Source of the DNA: Naegleria gruberi
Lineage: Eukaryota
Assembly: GCA_000004985.1 (NCBI GenBank)
Contig: GG738846.1
Strand: one strand, 5' to 3'
Length of the DNA: 64,000 bases
This document shows, one piece after another, positions 13,324-24,042 of the stretch; the first letter of the stretch is position 1, and each line of letters begins with the position of its first letter. Made by a program: the position numbers and the translations under genes. A model generated the notes under the pieces. It was not told where the DNA came from. It was given only the letters and a program-made list of their open reading frames with translations, and made no database searches.

Positions 13324-13599
13324 TTAGAAAGAACAAGTGGCAGTCTTTCCTTGTTCAACACTTTGCACAGTTTGTTGTCCTTGCAAGGATTCAAAAACTT
13401 TAACATGAACGTGTTCAGAGTCACCAACTTTAATCTTCAACTTGTGATTGATTCCGGCAACAACTTGAGTAGAATGAGCAATAACTTCAAAGATATCAAA
13501 AGTACGAGCAGTGATTTCTTCTACTTTAGCCTTGATGCTTTGAGCAAGGGTTCTTGATTCTTCAGTGATTGGTTGATTGTGTGCACCGCCGGCCATCAT
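13324..13599 (-). CDS. Stefin-type (family 1) cystatin, a cysteine-protease inhibitor; 91 aa, single exon
   Basis: N-terminal MMAGG (Gly-Gly segment), the QVVAG papain-binding loop (STQVVAGINH), the typical size and no signal peptide. Confidence 0.75.
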   Translation of the reverse strand: MMAGGAHNQPITEESRTLAQSIKAKVEEITARTFDIFEVIAHSTQVVAGINHKLKIKVGDSEHVHVKVFESLQGQQTVQSVEQGKTATCSF

Positions 13600-14199
13600 G
13601 TTGTTGTTTGTATTTATGGAATATTTTTTAATTGTTTTGAAAAGAAGCTTAACGGAAAATCAGAGAGATTTTTATACCCAACGGAAAGATAAGAATAGAT
13701 TTTAAGAAGGAATTAAGAGTTACCTTGTGAAATGATTTCCTTTCGAATGGATGTTACCACTTTTTGTGTTCATCATGCAAGTGATTGAAGGTTATCAGGA
13801 ATTACCAAGGACCTTGAATTTGTCACCAAGCTTGAGAACGGATTCAGGTTAAAATGAATTTGATTTTTTAAAAAATAAAACCATAATTTTATTTAAAATT
13901 GATTTGCCGTTCAAAGCCAATCAGTAATTTTGTTCCAATTTTGATTAGATGATGTATACACATTTATTAAACCCAGTTCACTTTGAAGATTATGTGAAAA
14001 CAACACTTTCCTAAGTAACTAATCTGATCAACTTATTTATTGCCTTAAAAAAGAAAATTATGTTTCAATTCAAAAAATATGATTTTAAACTTTTTTCAAG
14101 TAAACTTTCAAAATTAATGTTGAGGTGAGTTATGGAACTTAAAATAATAGCCTAAATCTCAATGATAATAGATGAAAGTTTAAATAATTTTATTATAAA

Positions 14200-15225
14200 T
14201 TACTTCTTGGTTGTCTTCTTTGTAACTTCAACCTTCTTCTTCTTTGGCTTTGGTTCTGCTACTTCTTCCTTCTTCTTTTCTTCCTTAGTTGACTTCTTAG
14301 TTGTGACTTTCTTAACAACAGGTTCTTCTACTTTTTCTTCAACCTTTTCTTCAACTGTTTCTTGTTCTTCTTGTTCCTCTTCTTGTTCTTCCTCTTCTTC
14401 TTGCAATTCTTCCTTGGTTTCTATCAACTTTCTCTTCTTGATTGTTGGTTGAGCTGAAAGGATATCATGGAACTTTTCTTCAGCATGTACAATTGCTTTC
14501 TTCAACTTGTCTGTTGTATTAGTCAAGAGAGAAGTGGAAGAAATTTCACCATCGGCTTTAGTGGAGAGAGCTTCTTGCAAAATCATGGCAATCTTGTCAA
14601 TATTGACATCTTGTCCGAGACTAATTGTTTCCCTCTTAGACTTGCCTTGTGATCTAATCACAGCATTTTGAGTATTACTCTTATCACCGTGAATATGTAA
14701 TTTACCTCTCATAATTAAATTGGCCAAAAGAACTTCACCTTCACCAATAGTGGTCTTTCCTTTAGAAATAGTAATAACATTGGCAATATAGAGTAAGTTT
14801 GTCAATGAAAATTCGATATGTTCCTTCAACATTGGGAGAGCTCTACTACCGAATGTATATGACTTTTGTGATGGTAATAAGTCCACAAGCTTATCGGAGT
14901 GGAGAACTCTCTTAACATTATCTCTCAAGATGGTTTCAGGAATTAAACACTTTCCGGAGGCTTGCAAAACCTTCGAATGGAGTTCAGTCTTTGTGTATTT
15001 TCTTCCTAAAACATTAATGAGTAATTCTGATTTTGGTTTTCTATTTAAACGTCCTTTTGCGAGAGCTTCAGAATTTCCTTTCTTTTTTGTTGTTGTTTCG
15101 GCTGATGTTGTTGCTTCAACTGGTTTTTCAACTTCTCCAACCAGGTTGTTGAATGCTTCCATCATTGGGTCTTTTGATGGTTGTTTGGCTGGCTTGGACT
15201 TCTTAACTTTTTGCTTAGCTGGCAT
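14200..15225 (-). CDS. Lys/Glu-rich, probably nuclear protein of unknown family; 341 aa
   Basis: Long clean ORF with a basic N-terminus (MPAKQKVKKSKPAKQPSK) and a C-terminal EEEEEQEEEQEEQ...KKKEEVAEPKPKKKK tail. The central globular part was not assignable by eye. The antisense ORFs 14162..14452 and 14930..15238 are low-complexity mirror artefacts. Confidence 0.4.
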   Translation of the reverse strand: MPAKQKVKKSKPAKQPSKDPMMEAFNNLVGEVEKPVEATTSAETTTKKKGNSEALAKGRLNRKPKSELLINVLGRKYTKTELHSKVLQASGKCLIPETILRDNVKRVLHSDKLVDLLPSQKSYTFGSRALPMLKEHIEFSLTNLLYIANVITISKGKTTIGEGEVLLANLIMRGKLHIHGDKSNTQNAVIRSQGKSKRETISLGQDVNIDKIAMILQEALSTKADGEISSTSLLTNTTDKLKKAIVHAEEKFHDILSAQPTIKKRKLIETKEELQEEEEEQEEEQEEQETVEEKVEEKVEEPVVKKVTTKKSTKEEKKKEEVAEPKPKKKKVEVTKKTTKK

Positions 15226-15537
15226 TTTTTTAATATAATTTTAGATTTAAAAATATTTTTGAACAATTGCAAAATTTTAAAAATTAAAGTTGTTGTGGTT
15301 TTCTCTTGAAAGGAAGTGTTCACTGGAAGTTTGAATGTCAATAGTTGAGTGCACATTTTCATATGAAAATGAGAGAACTAAGAGTTGGATTCAATAAAGG
15401 AATGTTTTCTCCCTTAGGAATGGTTCTTGGCTACCAGTAATTGCCAATATTGGAAAGTTCTCTTTTGCCTGATTAATATTAATTATTCTATCATTACAAA
15501 ATCAATTTCAATTATTTAATCAAAATCATAAAAAAAA

Positions 15538-17280
15538 ATGACAAACAAGAAAAAGCCTAATCACACCAATAAAACATCTTCCAAACCATCGACAATAAAT
15601 ATCACGAGTAGCAGCACAAATTCTCTGAATAATTCGAGTCAGAGTGTACTTTCCGAAGATCGATCGACCAATGTTTCAAAGGCTAGTAACATTTCAAAAA
15701 GTCAAAATACAACTCAGAGTCAGAACTCACAATCAAGGACCTCTTCTTCAAGTAGTAATGATGTAAATTCTATATTATCAAAAAGTACTTTATCAGTGGA
15801 ATCAAAAAAATCAATTCAAGTGGTTCCAAATAATTTTCAATCTTCCATCAAATTTGCTCCAGTGAATGAGAAATTGAAAGAGTTTTTGGTAACTATTGGT
15901 TGTTATTGTTATGAATTGTTTACAGAGGAGTTTGATATACTCCCAGAGGATACACTATTCGAAAATTTATCAACTCCTCAACAATTGAACATGTTGACTA
16001 ATTTTATTGTAAATTATGTTTGTTTTGATGTGAATGGTTCTGTAATGACCAGAAAATTTGTAAAGAAATTGGATAAAACTATTGGAGAAAGTTTAGTTTT
16101 TGATAAGGAGGCCTATCTGAACGATGCTGGAGATCGATTGAATAGTTTCATAACTTTGAGGTTTTTAATTGCATTTTTGAGGGGGAAATTGGAGATGGAA
16201 ATTGATATGTTCGGATATAAGGATTCAAAGCCAATTAAACGAGGCAATGATATCACTGTTGAAGATGTGATGAGAGTTGGTACTGTATTTTCAGCAAAAG
16301 AAAGAAGTGCTGTGAAAGATGTAAAGAAGAAAATGACAAAAGGAGAACAAGACTATGCTTTCACTGATTTCAAGGACCAATTCAACTCGAAGCATGATCA
16401 CAATAAGTGTTTTTTCAAAATTTTCAACTCTTATTTTGAAGATGTTCCTCCTGAAAAACGATTGTGTGATGAGCCTGAAGAAGTCAGATTCCATTTTAGA
16501 AAAACAATCGTTAATGCCTTGAAAGGTGTTGTTCCAATCTCTAAATTCAATGAATCACTATACAGATGTCAAGAAATGGATGTTTGGTTGACCGTATTGG
16601 AAATGATTTTTAATGGATTTGTAACTACCTTTAGTAGTGAGCTGTTTTTTTTTGTGGAAACCAATTTTGATCCTCTTGAGAAGGGTTGGATGGCCCTTGT
16701 CCAGTTTGTCAATCAGAACACTAAACTTTTCAAGAAGGTCTATAAGCCATACATGTATCATAGAGATTTGAACAAGTTGCAATACATTTTCATAGACAAT
16801 GATTTATTTAGTGGCAAGATGAATGAAAAAGCAGCAAACTTTGTTGGATCTGTTACGGACTATAATGCACAAGTATCTCCAAAACGTGATTCACAAGTTT
16901 ATTTCTCTATCTGTATTTATCTATTAATAATGGTAAAGAATGGTTTGAACATTAATAGTAGGCAAGAAAGATTGAGAGGTTTTATGGAAACTTTCAAATA
17001 CCACAAAGAAAACAAGTTGAAATTTTTGAATATTCACGAGCCAGAAAATATCAAAGTTTCCAACGATCTCAAACCTATTGTCGATCATCTTCCAACATGC
17101 TCATACTGTCGAAAGACTATGGAAACTGCCTTGAAATGCTCCAAGTGTAATTCGGTATTTTATTGCAGTACTAAATGTCAAACAAGTGATAGGCCAGAAC
17201 ACAAGCATTCATGTGCAGCTCTTTGTGAAATGATGGCCCTATCGAGTGCTGAACTGAAAATATTTGTAAAACAAAAATAA
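15538..17280 (+). CDS. MYND-type zinc-finger protein with a Ser/Asn/Thr-rich N-terminus; 580 aa
   Basis: The C-terminal CSYCRKTMETALKCSKCNSVFYCSTKCQTSDRPEHKHSC matches the MYND C4-C2HC pattern. It is a single ORF with an A-rich tract upstream of the ATG. Confidence 0.6.
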   Translation: MTNKKKPNHTNKTSSKPSTINITSSSTNSLNNSSQSVLSEDRSTNVSKASNISKSQNTTQSQNSQSRTSSSSSNDVNSILSKSTLSVESKKSIQVVPNNFQSSIKFAPVNEKLKEFLVTIGCYCYELFTEEFDILPEDTLFENLSTPQQLNMLTNFIVNYVCFDVNGSVMTRKFVKKLDKTIGESLVFDKEAYLNDAGDRLNSFITLRFLIAFLRGKLEMEIDMFGYKDSKPIKRGNDITVEDVMRVGTVFSAKERSAVKDVKKKMTKGEQDYAFTDFKDQFNSKHDHNKCFFKIFNSYFEDVPPEKRLCDEPEEVRFHFRKTIVNALKGVVPISKFNESLYRCQEMDVWLTVLEMIFNGFVTTFSSELFFFVETNFDPLEKGWMALVQFVNQNTKLFKKVYKPYMYHRDLNKLQYIFIDNDLFSGKMNEKAANFVGSVTDYNAQVSPKRDSQVYFSICIYLLIMVKNGLNINSRQERLRGFMETFKYHKENKLKFLNIHEPENIKVSNDLKPIVDHLPTCSYCRKTMETALKCSKCNSVFYCSTKCQTSDRPEHKHSCAALCEMMALSSAELKIFVKQK

Positions 17281-17588
17281 TTAGAAACAGCATTAGTTTT
17301 ATTCCTTAGATTTCACATGAATGAATTTTAATAAAGGAATGTTTGTAAATCTTTGTTGAATCTAAATAATCTGTTGTTTTTGAGGTTGATATTGTTTCAG
17401 GTATTTAATTCAAATATATGGTGGGATAACACTTCCAACAATTGTTTCATTTAAGGAGGTAAATCAAAGCTGTGAAATGGTTTAAATATTTTTATGGAAC
17501 TAGGATTAACAATTTATTTTTTTATTTTTGATATTGGAGGAGTAGAATTTCTAGAAAACATACCATATGTATCGATAAATCTACAAAT

Positions 17589-19124
17589 TTAGTGAGTGGC
17601 AGCATGTTCAGAGTGACTTCCATGACCTTCTACGTGGTGTTGATGAATACCACGAGTCAAATAAAACCAGACAAGCCAAAACAAAAATAAAATCCAAGAA
17701 AGAGAGAACATTACAAGAGCAAAGAGATGCGGTGACTTGATACCAATAATATCGTTAAGTAATGGTGATGGAATCATAACACCCAATGCTTGACCAGCTC
17801 CAAAACCAAAGCAAATATCAAAAGCAGTAATACGACCCAAAAAACTATTTGGTGTCAAATGTTCAATTGAAGACATACTATAGACCCACATGGTACCACC
17901 AGCAGCTCCAAGAATAAAGTTAGCGGCAATAAACATGGATGCATGAACAGAGAAGGTCATTAAGGCAAAACCAACAGCCAACATGAAGAAGGAAACTAGA
18001 ATTACAAATCTAGTCCAGAAGGCACTTCTAACTGAACGTCTAATTCTATTACCCAAAATCAATTCACAAACCATTGGAGCAATACCAGAACCAACACCAA
18101 ACAAGCAGTAAGCAAATGTCATTGTAGCTTCAGCACTGTCAAATAATGTCAAGGTTGGGAATTCAGACAATTTAACATTGATAAATTCGACAGAAGCCCA
18201 AATCAATGCACCCAATAATTTCATGACAGTAAAGCTCAACAAGTATCCTTTTCCACTAAATAAAAGCTTGAAACCTTGATATAATTCAACAACACTGTGT
18301 TTGATAACTGGAATTGGCTTTGTTGGGAAATCTGCAGGCTTTGGAGGATTCAATTCAGGGAACCACATTAATGAAATGGTCAAAAGCAAGGCTAGAACAA
18401 AGAGTATTCCGTTAACAATAAAAGTGACAGTCAAATTAGTGAGAGTTGTGACAAAACCACCAATAGCAGCACCAGTATAAGAACAGAATAACCAAGTCAA
18501 ACTATCAAGAGCATTACAAGCAACCAGATCGTTGTGATCCACAACTAGAGGAAGTAAACAACCACGAGAAGCATCATAAAAAGCATTGATAAAGAAAATC
18601 AAGGCAAGAATGACATAGTAAAACCCGAACAATATTGGTGTTTCTTCAATTAAATGACTAAAAAGTAAACAAAAAGCAAGGATAGCTCTCAAAATATTCG
18701 CCACAATTAAAACTTTTCTTCTATCAAAAACATCGGAAAATACACCAGCAAAAGGCATAGCGAAACAGGAAGGAGCAAAGATACACAAAAATACAGCACC
18801 AGTGGCAAAACCAACATTGGATCTGTGTTCAACTTCGTATACAATACCAATTTCAGAGAAATAGTTACCCATACCAGACAAAACACCAGCCATCCAAATA
18901 ATCAAAAATCTCTTGTTGTGGAAAAGAAGTGAAATGTATGGATTACGAGCAAGTTTTGGTTTAGAACTATCCAAGTCCAATTGGGCATAGTTACCAATGG
19001 TATGTGGAGTTTCCATATTCATTTCAACATCAACAGATGGTCTGGATGAAGCATCCAAATCTACAGAAGAACGGTTGTTTTCTTCATCTAACCGAACCTC
19101 TCTCATATCGGCATCGGTCATCAT
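17589..19124 (-). CDS. Major facilitator superfamily transporter; 511 aa
   Basis: About 12 predicted hydrophobic helices in a 6+6 arrangement with a central cytoplasmic loop and a hydrophilic N-terminus. It is a single exon. Confidence 0.6.
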   Translation of the reverse strand: MMTDADMREVRLDEENNRSSVDLDASSRPSVDVEMNMETPHTIGNYAQLDLDSSKPKLARNPYISLLFHNKRFLIIWMAGVLSGMGNYFSEIGIVYEVEHRSNVGFATGAVFLCIFAPSCFAMPFAGVFSDVFDRRKVLIVANILRAILAFCLLFSHLIEETPILFGFYYVILALIFFINAFYDASRGCLLPLVVDHNDLVACNALDSLTWLFCSYTGAAIGGFVTTLTNLTVTFIVNGILFVLALLLTISLMWFPELNPPKPADFPTKPIPVIKHSVVELYQGFKLLFSGKGYLLSFTVMKLLGALIWASVEFINVKLSEFPTLTLFDSAEATMTFAYCLFGVGSGIAPMVCELILGNRIRRSVRSAFWTRFVILVSFFMLAVGFALMTFSVHASMFIAANFILGAAGGTMWVYSMSSIEHLTPNSFLGRITAFDICFGFGAGQALGVMIPSPLLNDIIGIKSPHLFALVMFSLSWILFLFWLVWFYLTRGIHQHHVEGHGSHSEHAATH

Positions 19125-19589
19125 TTCGTTTTATATTATTGTTTTTTATAAAATCCTTTCAAAATCCTAAAATCAATCCAACAGAATCCACAATAGAAAA
19201 CGCGCAATAGAACCTGAGAGGTTTCAAGTATTTTTTTTAAAACAAATATTTTTTTAAATTCAATATTTCATTGTTTACGTTAGAGATAGCGCAAATGTAG
19301 GTGTCGTAACAAAAATGGAGAGGTATCCATACCTAGATAACAGCTCATGTTTCCGTTTGTTTTTGATTGAGAAAATTAAATGGAAAATTATTAGAAGAGT
19401 AGTATTCAGAGTTGAATTTCAATCACTATAATGAATAGTTAATCCCTAGTATTATTTAATTTTACATAACAAAGTTAAATTGTTTAATTCTAACTTTTGA
19501 AGTGGTGACCTAAATACCAAGACCAAATTCACACTTTTAATCATGGACTAAAGCTTAGAAATTGTAAATTATCAATAAATTTAAAAAAA
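19125..19589. promoter_or_regulatory. Divergent promoter region between the MFS transporter (-) and DHODH (+)
   Basis: 465-bp AT-rich spacer between opposing start codons. Poly-A/T tracts lie immediately upstream of both ATGs. Confidence 0.35.
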
Positions 19590-20843
19590 ATGTCCTATCA
19601 AAGACAATTCAAACTCATGACCATGTTCGGAGCAACTTGTTTGCTCTCTGGTGGTGCAACATTTGTTTACAGGGGAATTAATGATGTTGATTCACCACTG
19701 TACTCTAAATTTGTGATGCCTCTCTTACACAAGATGGATCCCGAAGATGCACACAATTTATCAAAACTTGCCATAAAGTATGGAATTGGTCCAAAGGAAA
19801 AGAAATTAAAAGCAAATCAATATGGATTGGATCCACTCATTAGCTTACATACAAATTGTTTAGGATATCATTTTGAGAATCCTATTGGATTGGCAGCTGG
19901 ATTTGACAAGGATGCCGAATGTATGAAAGGAATTGAAAAGTTGGGGTTTGGTTTTATGGAAGTTGGAAGTATTTGTCCTCAACCACAACCTGGAAATCCA
20001 AAACCTAGAATTTTCAGATTGAATTCTAAAGTTTCCGATCCAGATGGAACAATTTTTGATACCATTCTCAATAGATGTGGATTCAATAGTAAAGGAATGG
20101 AAGTTTCGGATGAAAATTTGACAACCTATAGAAATTCATACCAGTCTCTTAATACATTCCCAATTGGTGTCAATTTGGGAAAGAACAAAACAAGTGCACC
20201 AGAAAGTATTGAGGATTATTTGATTGGTGTGAGAAAGTTGGCTAAACATGCAGATTTTTTGGTTATTAATGTCAGTTCACCAAATACCCAACATTTGAGA
20301 TCACTCCAGGAAAAGAGTTCCCTTGATACATTAATTGAGGAAGTTTCTACAGAATTGAAAAAACACAAAAACATTCCACTCCTTATCAAAATTGCACCAG
20401 ATTTGACCCTCGATCAACAACGTGACATTGCTTCATTGGCACTCAAACATTCCATTGGTGGTATCATCGTTTCCAATACAACTATTGAAAGACCATTTGT
20501 ATCGAGTGAACAAATTAATGCCATTCCAAATGGATCTGCTGGAGGTATGAGTGGTCGTCCACTCTTCAATCAATCCACTAAAGTTTTGAAGAATATGTAC
20601 AAATTAACAGAAGGTAAGGTGACACTCATTGGTGTTGGAGGTGTTTGGGATGGTTATGATGCATTACAAAAGATCCAAGCTGGTGCTTCACTAGTTCAAG
20701 TTTATACAGCTTTCACTGCTCAAGGTCCAGCTGTTGTTGGTAAAATCAAGAGAGAATTAGCTCAGTTACTTGCTGAAGGTGGATATGCCAGAGTTTCTGA
20801 TGCTGTTGGCTCTAAAGCCAAGTTTAGTAAATTGGAAGAATAA
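19590..20843 (+). CDS. DHODH: Dihydroorotate dehydrogenase (quinone), class 2, mitochondrial; 417 aa
   Basis: N-terminal targeting/TM segment (MSYQRQFKLMTMFGATCLLSGG) followed by DHOD motifs: GFDKDAE, GFGFMEVGSICPQPQPGNPKPRIFRL, NRCGFNSKG, INVSSPNT and SNTTIERP. Confidence 0.9.
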   Translation: MSYQRQFKLMTMFGATCLLSGGATFVYRGINDVDSPLYSKFVMPLLHKMDPEDAHNLSKLAIKYGIGPKEKKLKANQYGLDPLISLHTNCLGYHFENPIGLAAGFDKDAECMKGIEKLGFGFMEVGSICPQPQPGNPKPRIFRLNSKVSDPDGTIFDTILNRCGFNSKGMEVSDENLTTYRNSYQSLNTFPIGVNLGKNKTSAPESIEDYLIGVRKLAKHADFLVINVSSPNTQHLRSLQEKSSLDTLIEEVSTELKKHKNIPLLIKIAPDLTLDQQRDIASLALKHSIGGIIVSNTTIERPFVSSEQINAIPNGSAGGMSGRPLFNQSTKVLKNMYKLTEGKVTLIGVGGVWDGYDALQKIQAGASLVQVYTAFTAQGPAVVGKIKRELAQLLAEGGYARVSDAVGSKAKFSKLEE

Positions 20844-20944
20844 ATTATTTCATATTAATTTTTTCATATTTAAATATTAATTTCATTAATTTTTTCGATT
20901 CCAATATTATGCTCCATTCAAATTACTACTATTATAATTGTAAA

Positions 20945-21292
20945 TTATTCATTATTCTTTATTTTCTTGGTTTTGTTTTCATCATCGTCATCCTTCATAT
21001 CATCGTCGTCATCCTCTCCATTCAAACCTTCATCCTCATCTTCGTCCGATGATCGTTGTTGTTTCTTTTTTGTACTATTAGTAGTCGTAGTTGAATTAAT
21101 TACTTGTTGTTGTTTCTTTCCCAAATCAGTTAATAAATTAACATCCACATCCTTCATAGATTGCATTGATTGTGTCAAAAAGGTGAGATCTTGCTTTTTT
21201 GTTGTTGATGATGATTCAAAAGATTGTTTGGAAGCAATTTTTGGTTCCGAATTATTATTGGTCACTGTGAGGGTTGATGTAATTCTTGGCAT
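20945..21292 (-). CDS. Small acidic low-complexity protein (115 aa), hypothetical
   Basis: ORF MPRITSTLTVTNNNSEPKIASKQ...DEDEDEGLNGEDDDDDMKDDDDENKTKKIKNNE. Its composition is protein-like, whereas the antisense ORF 20967..21527 is poly-S/C/F and looks like an artefact. It converges on DHODH. Confidence 0.3.
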   Translation of the reverse strand: MPRITSTLTVTNNNSEPKIASKQSFESSSTTKKQDLTFLTQSMQSMKDVDVNLLTDLGKKQQQVINSTTTTNSTKKKQQRSSDEDEDEGLNGEDDDDDMKDDDDENKTKKIKNNE

Positions 21293-21547
21293 TTTGTTTA
21301 ATGTTGAAATTGTATTGTTTAAAAAACAATTAAATATATTATATTTTGATGATACTACAGTTTATTATCTAAATCAAGATAGTCAACTATGTATTAATTC
21401 ATCACAACACAACAATATTTGCTGTTCCTATTTAGTAAAGAGCAAAATTGTAAGCAAGCACAAAAATTTTCGTATTATTCAACAAACAAATTTCTGCTCT
21501 CCATTGTTTGCCTCGTTTTCTTCTTGATTGCCAACAAATCAAAAAAA

Positions 21548-23218
21548 ATGTCCAAACGAAACAGAGAAGAAATTACAAAAAGATATCTAGAAGATGCTGA
21601 TTATGATGACTCTGACGATGAAGACTATGAACCTTCCGATGAAGAATCACAACAAAAGATTAATCCAAATCAGAGTGGCAGAGAGAAAATTAAACAACTA
21701 CCTGAACATTTGAAAGGAAAGGCAAAGATTGAAGAATTGAATAAGATTCACTTTGACATTTTTACAAGTTTTGATCAAGATGATAATGCCAATAATAATA
21801 GTAATAATAATAATACAACTGATGATGATGAGTTGAGTCGTTGGGATAGAGAAAGATCAATCTTTTTATGTCAAAATATTTTACATGGAGATGAGGATGA
21901 AATGTTCAGCAGTGCTCGACTAGTTAGAACCTTTGCAACTCACATCTCTAAATTTGATAGTTTACAGGAACAAGTCATGAAGGAAGAAGATAATGATGAA
22001 AACAAGAAGAAGAAACAAGTTCTCCTCTCAATTCAATGCAGAAATAAGAGTAATATTGATGTTATACTCAAGTTCTTTATTGGTGGAGAGGCTTTAACAG
22101 AATTAGACACACAGGTTCCAAAAAAACAAATTGTGGATATACGTGGTTATGATGATATGATTGGAAAATTGAGAAGAAAATTACTAATTGATGCATATGA
22201 ACCAATGAATCAAAGCAGCAGCAGCTCAGCAAGTGGAAGTAACAGTGCTGGTGGTAGTAGTAGTTCCAACTCTTCAACCTATCTTAGAGACTATGGTTCG
22301 ATAAAAATTGAGGTTTATCAAGCCATTAGAGAAAAGTCAAAGATTGATTCTGATTATGAAGATGATTCTGATGAGGAAGAGGATGAAGAAAAGGACGATT
22401 TCATAGCAACTAGCTCATCAGAGGTTGAAAAACTGAGTCGTTACACACAAAACATGAAACAGCAAGAACGTTGTGGAATGCAAGTTTCATTTAAGGCTTC
22501 AAGAATTGAAAGACCAAAGAAAAAGGTAAAGAGGAAGGGAAAGAAAGCAAAGTTTGAAACCATTTTCGAAGAAGGACCTCTACTGTTCCAATCTGTTTAC
22601 AAGTACAGATCTTATTTGGGTTTCTTGTGTGAACTTCAAGAATATAATATTGACTTGGGAAAGACCAAAAACATGGCCAGAGGAAGATCATTAGATAATG
22701 AAAGTTCTTCCTCTGATGACGAATCTTCTTCCTCTGATGATGATGATGAAAATGGAATCAAGACAGAAGAGCAAGATGATGGCGGTTTTATTGATATTAC
22801 AGATGATGTTGAAGAACCACCTAAAATAATTCCAACAGTTTCTCTTGATAGTGATGACGAAGAGGAAACTGATGTCAAACCAACAGCTGCTGAACTCGAG
22901 AAACATGCCAAACAATCCTCAATCTGTCAAGCTTCAAGCAGTACATCCAGCTCAGCAATTCAACAGAGTAGTAGTGCCTACTCATTCAAAGAAACCATCC
23001 AAGATGTGGAGAAAAAGAATGTAGATAATTTGATGCGATTCATCAAACTCAATGATGAAACATTATACAATGAAGTTAAGGATATTTTCAAGAAATTTCA
23101 GGTTTCTGGAAGCAAATTGTTGAGTAGGACTCTTGATTACCCTAAAATGGGGGTGAGTGTTAAATACCAAATTAAGATTTTACAAATTGTAGATAAGATT
23201 ATTGATAATTCCATGTAA
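21548..23218 (+). CDS. Acidic Ser/Asp/Glu-rich protein (about 556 aa), unknown function
   Basis: ATG at 21548 (MSKRNREEITKRYLEDADYDDSDDEDYEPSDEE) inside the 21419..23218 ORF. There are several poly-acidic tracts and a poly-N tract. The C-terminal region is partly duplicated downstream (see repeat 23966..24042). Confidence 0.45.
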   Translation: MSKRNREEITKRYLEDADYDDSDDEDYEPSDEESQQKINPNQSGREKIKQLPEHLKGKAKIEELNKIHFDIFTSFDQDDNANNNSNNNNTTDDDELSRWDRERSIFLCQNILHGDEDEMFSSARLVRTFATHISKFDSLQEQVMKEEDNDENKKKKQVLLSIQCRNKSNIDVILKFFIGGEALTELDTQVPKKQIVDIRGYDDMIGKLRRKLLIDAYEPMNQSSSSSASGSNSAGGSSSSNSSTYLRDYGSIKIEVYQAIREKSKIDSDYEDDSDEEEDEEKDDFIATSSSEVEKLSRYTQNMKQQERCGMQVSFKASRIERPKKKVKRKGKKAKFETIFEEGPLLFQSVYKYRSYLGFLCELQEYNIDLGKTKNMARGRSLDNESSSSDDESSSSDDDDENGIKTEEQDDGGFIDITDDVEEPPKIIPTVSLDSDDEEETDVKPTAAELEKHAKQSSICQASSSTSSSAIQQSSSAYSFKETIQDVEKKNVDNLMRFIKLNDETLYNEVKDIFKKFQVSGSKLLSRTLDYPKMGVSVKYQIKILQIVDKIIDNSM

Positions 23219-23269
23219 ATATATATGTAATAATTTATTTAAATGTAAATCTATAATATGTTTCTTTAG

Positions 23270-23403
23270 ATTCAGATTCTTCTTATCTGAGAATTTTGAG
23301 TTTATCTGGATGCGGAATTGATAATGACGATTTGAAAGTTATAGTAAATGGAATGATGAACAAGTTAGTGGAATTGTATCTGTCAGAAAAATCAAATAGT
23401 GAT
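23270..23403 (+). other. Orphan LRR-like coding exon, bounded by an acceptor (...TTTCTTTAG) and a consensus GTGAGT donor; its parent gene is unresolved
   Basis: Frame ≡1 mod 3 reads SDSSYLRILSLSGCGIDNDDLKVIVNGMMNKLVELYLSEKSNSD, which fits a leucine-rich repeat (LxxLxLSxCxIxDxxL). It could be an alternative 3' exon of the 21548 gene via a phase-1 donor at 23124. Confidence 0.2.
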
Positions 23404-23656
23404 GTGAGTTGGGGTTGGGGGACTGCGGGAGCAAGGGGTACTAGAAAGTACATTGTACTTCTTTTTTCATTAATAAAAAATGCACTCAAGAAAAGATTAA
23501 AGAGACAGCACTTATTAAGGAGGAAGTTCATTATGTTGAGAAACTCGTTTGATATAGTGGAAGATTAACTAGTAATTCAGTTAGAAACAAATTTATCTAA
23601 TTTGGAACCCAGCATTTCTGAAAAAGTCCAATTCATTCTTTACAATTAAAGCACAT

Positions 23657-23941
23657 TCAAGTGTAATGAATCGTCGCAGCCTTAACACTTTGTAGTAAAT
23701 AATTAGCTTGTTCTCTGGTTTCTTCATCACAATCGGAATCGTTGGCTATAGCACTATACAATTCCGCTAAACAATCAGACAAGTCAGCAGGTTTTTGTGG
23801 TGTAGCAGTTTCTTCTGCATGAAATGATGATTCAGTACTAACTGGCATTTTAACTGGAGTGGCAATTATTGTGAGAGGGGAAATTTTTTTTGTTGAACTA
23901 AGTTTTTTAAGCATGATGATTGTGATAAGATGTGGAGACAA
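23657..23941 (-). CDS. Small hypothetical ORF (85-94 aa)
   Basis: The ORF contains an internal ATG (MLKKLSSTKKISPLT...DSDCDEETREQANYLLQSVKAATIHYT). No homolog was recognised. It lies between the ABCB 3' end and the acidic-protein gene. Confidence 0.2.
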   Translation of the reverse strand: MSPHLITIIMLKKLSSTKKISPLTIIATPVKMPVSTESSFHAEETATPQKPADLSDCLAELYSAIANDSDCDEETREQANYLLQSVKAATIHYT

Positions 23942-23965
23942 AAGAATGCAGATAGTTTGATGCCA

Positions 23966-24042
23966 GCATTATACAAATGAAATTAAGGATATTTTCAAGA
24001 AATTTCAGGTTTCTGGAAGCAAATTGTTAGAGTAGGACTCTT
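23966..24042 (+). repeat. Degenerate 75-bp duplicate of 23056..23131 (coding sequence of the acidic-protein gene), lying in the 3' region of the convergent ABCB gene
   Basis: ttatacaaatgaaattaaggatattttcaagaaatttcaggtttctggaagcaaattgttagagtaggactcttt versus ttatacaatgaagttaaggatattttcaagaaatttcaggtttctggaagcaaattgttgagtaggactctt. Two 1-nt insertions break the frame. Confidence 0.8.

Noticed and set aside
14162-15238. Plus-strand ORFs (96 and 102 aa) antisense to the K/E-rich gene
   Set aside because: They mirror the E/K-encoding GAA/AAG repeats, translating to poly-F/S stretches.
20967-21527. 186-aa plus-strand ORF rich in poly-Ser, poly-Cys and poly-Phe
   Set aside because: It is the mirror frame of the acidic 115-aa minus-strand ORF. 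Its composition is non-protein-like (SSSSSFISSSSSS, CCFFFVLLVVVV).
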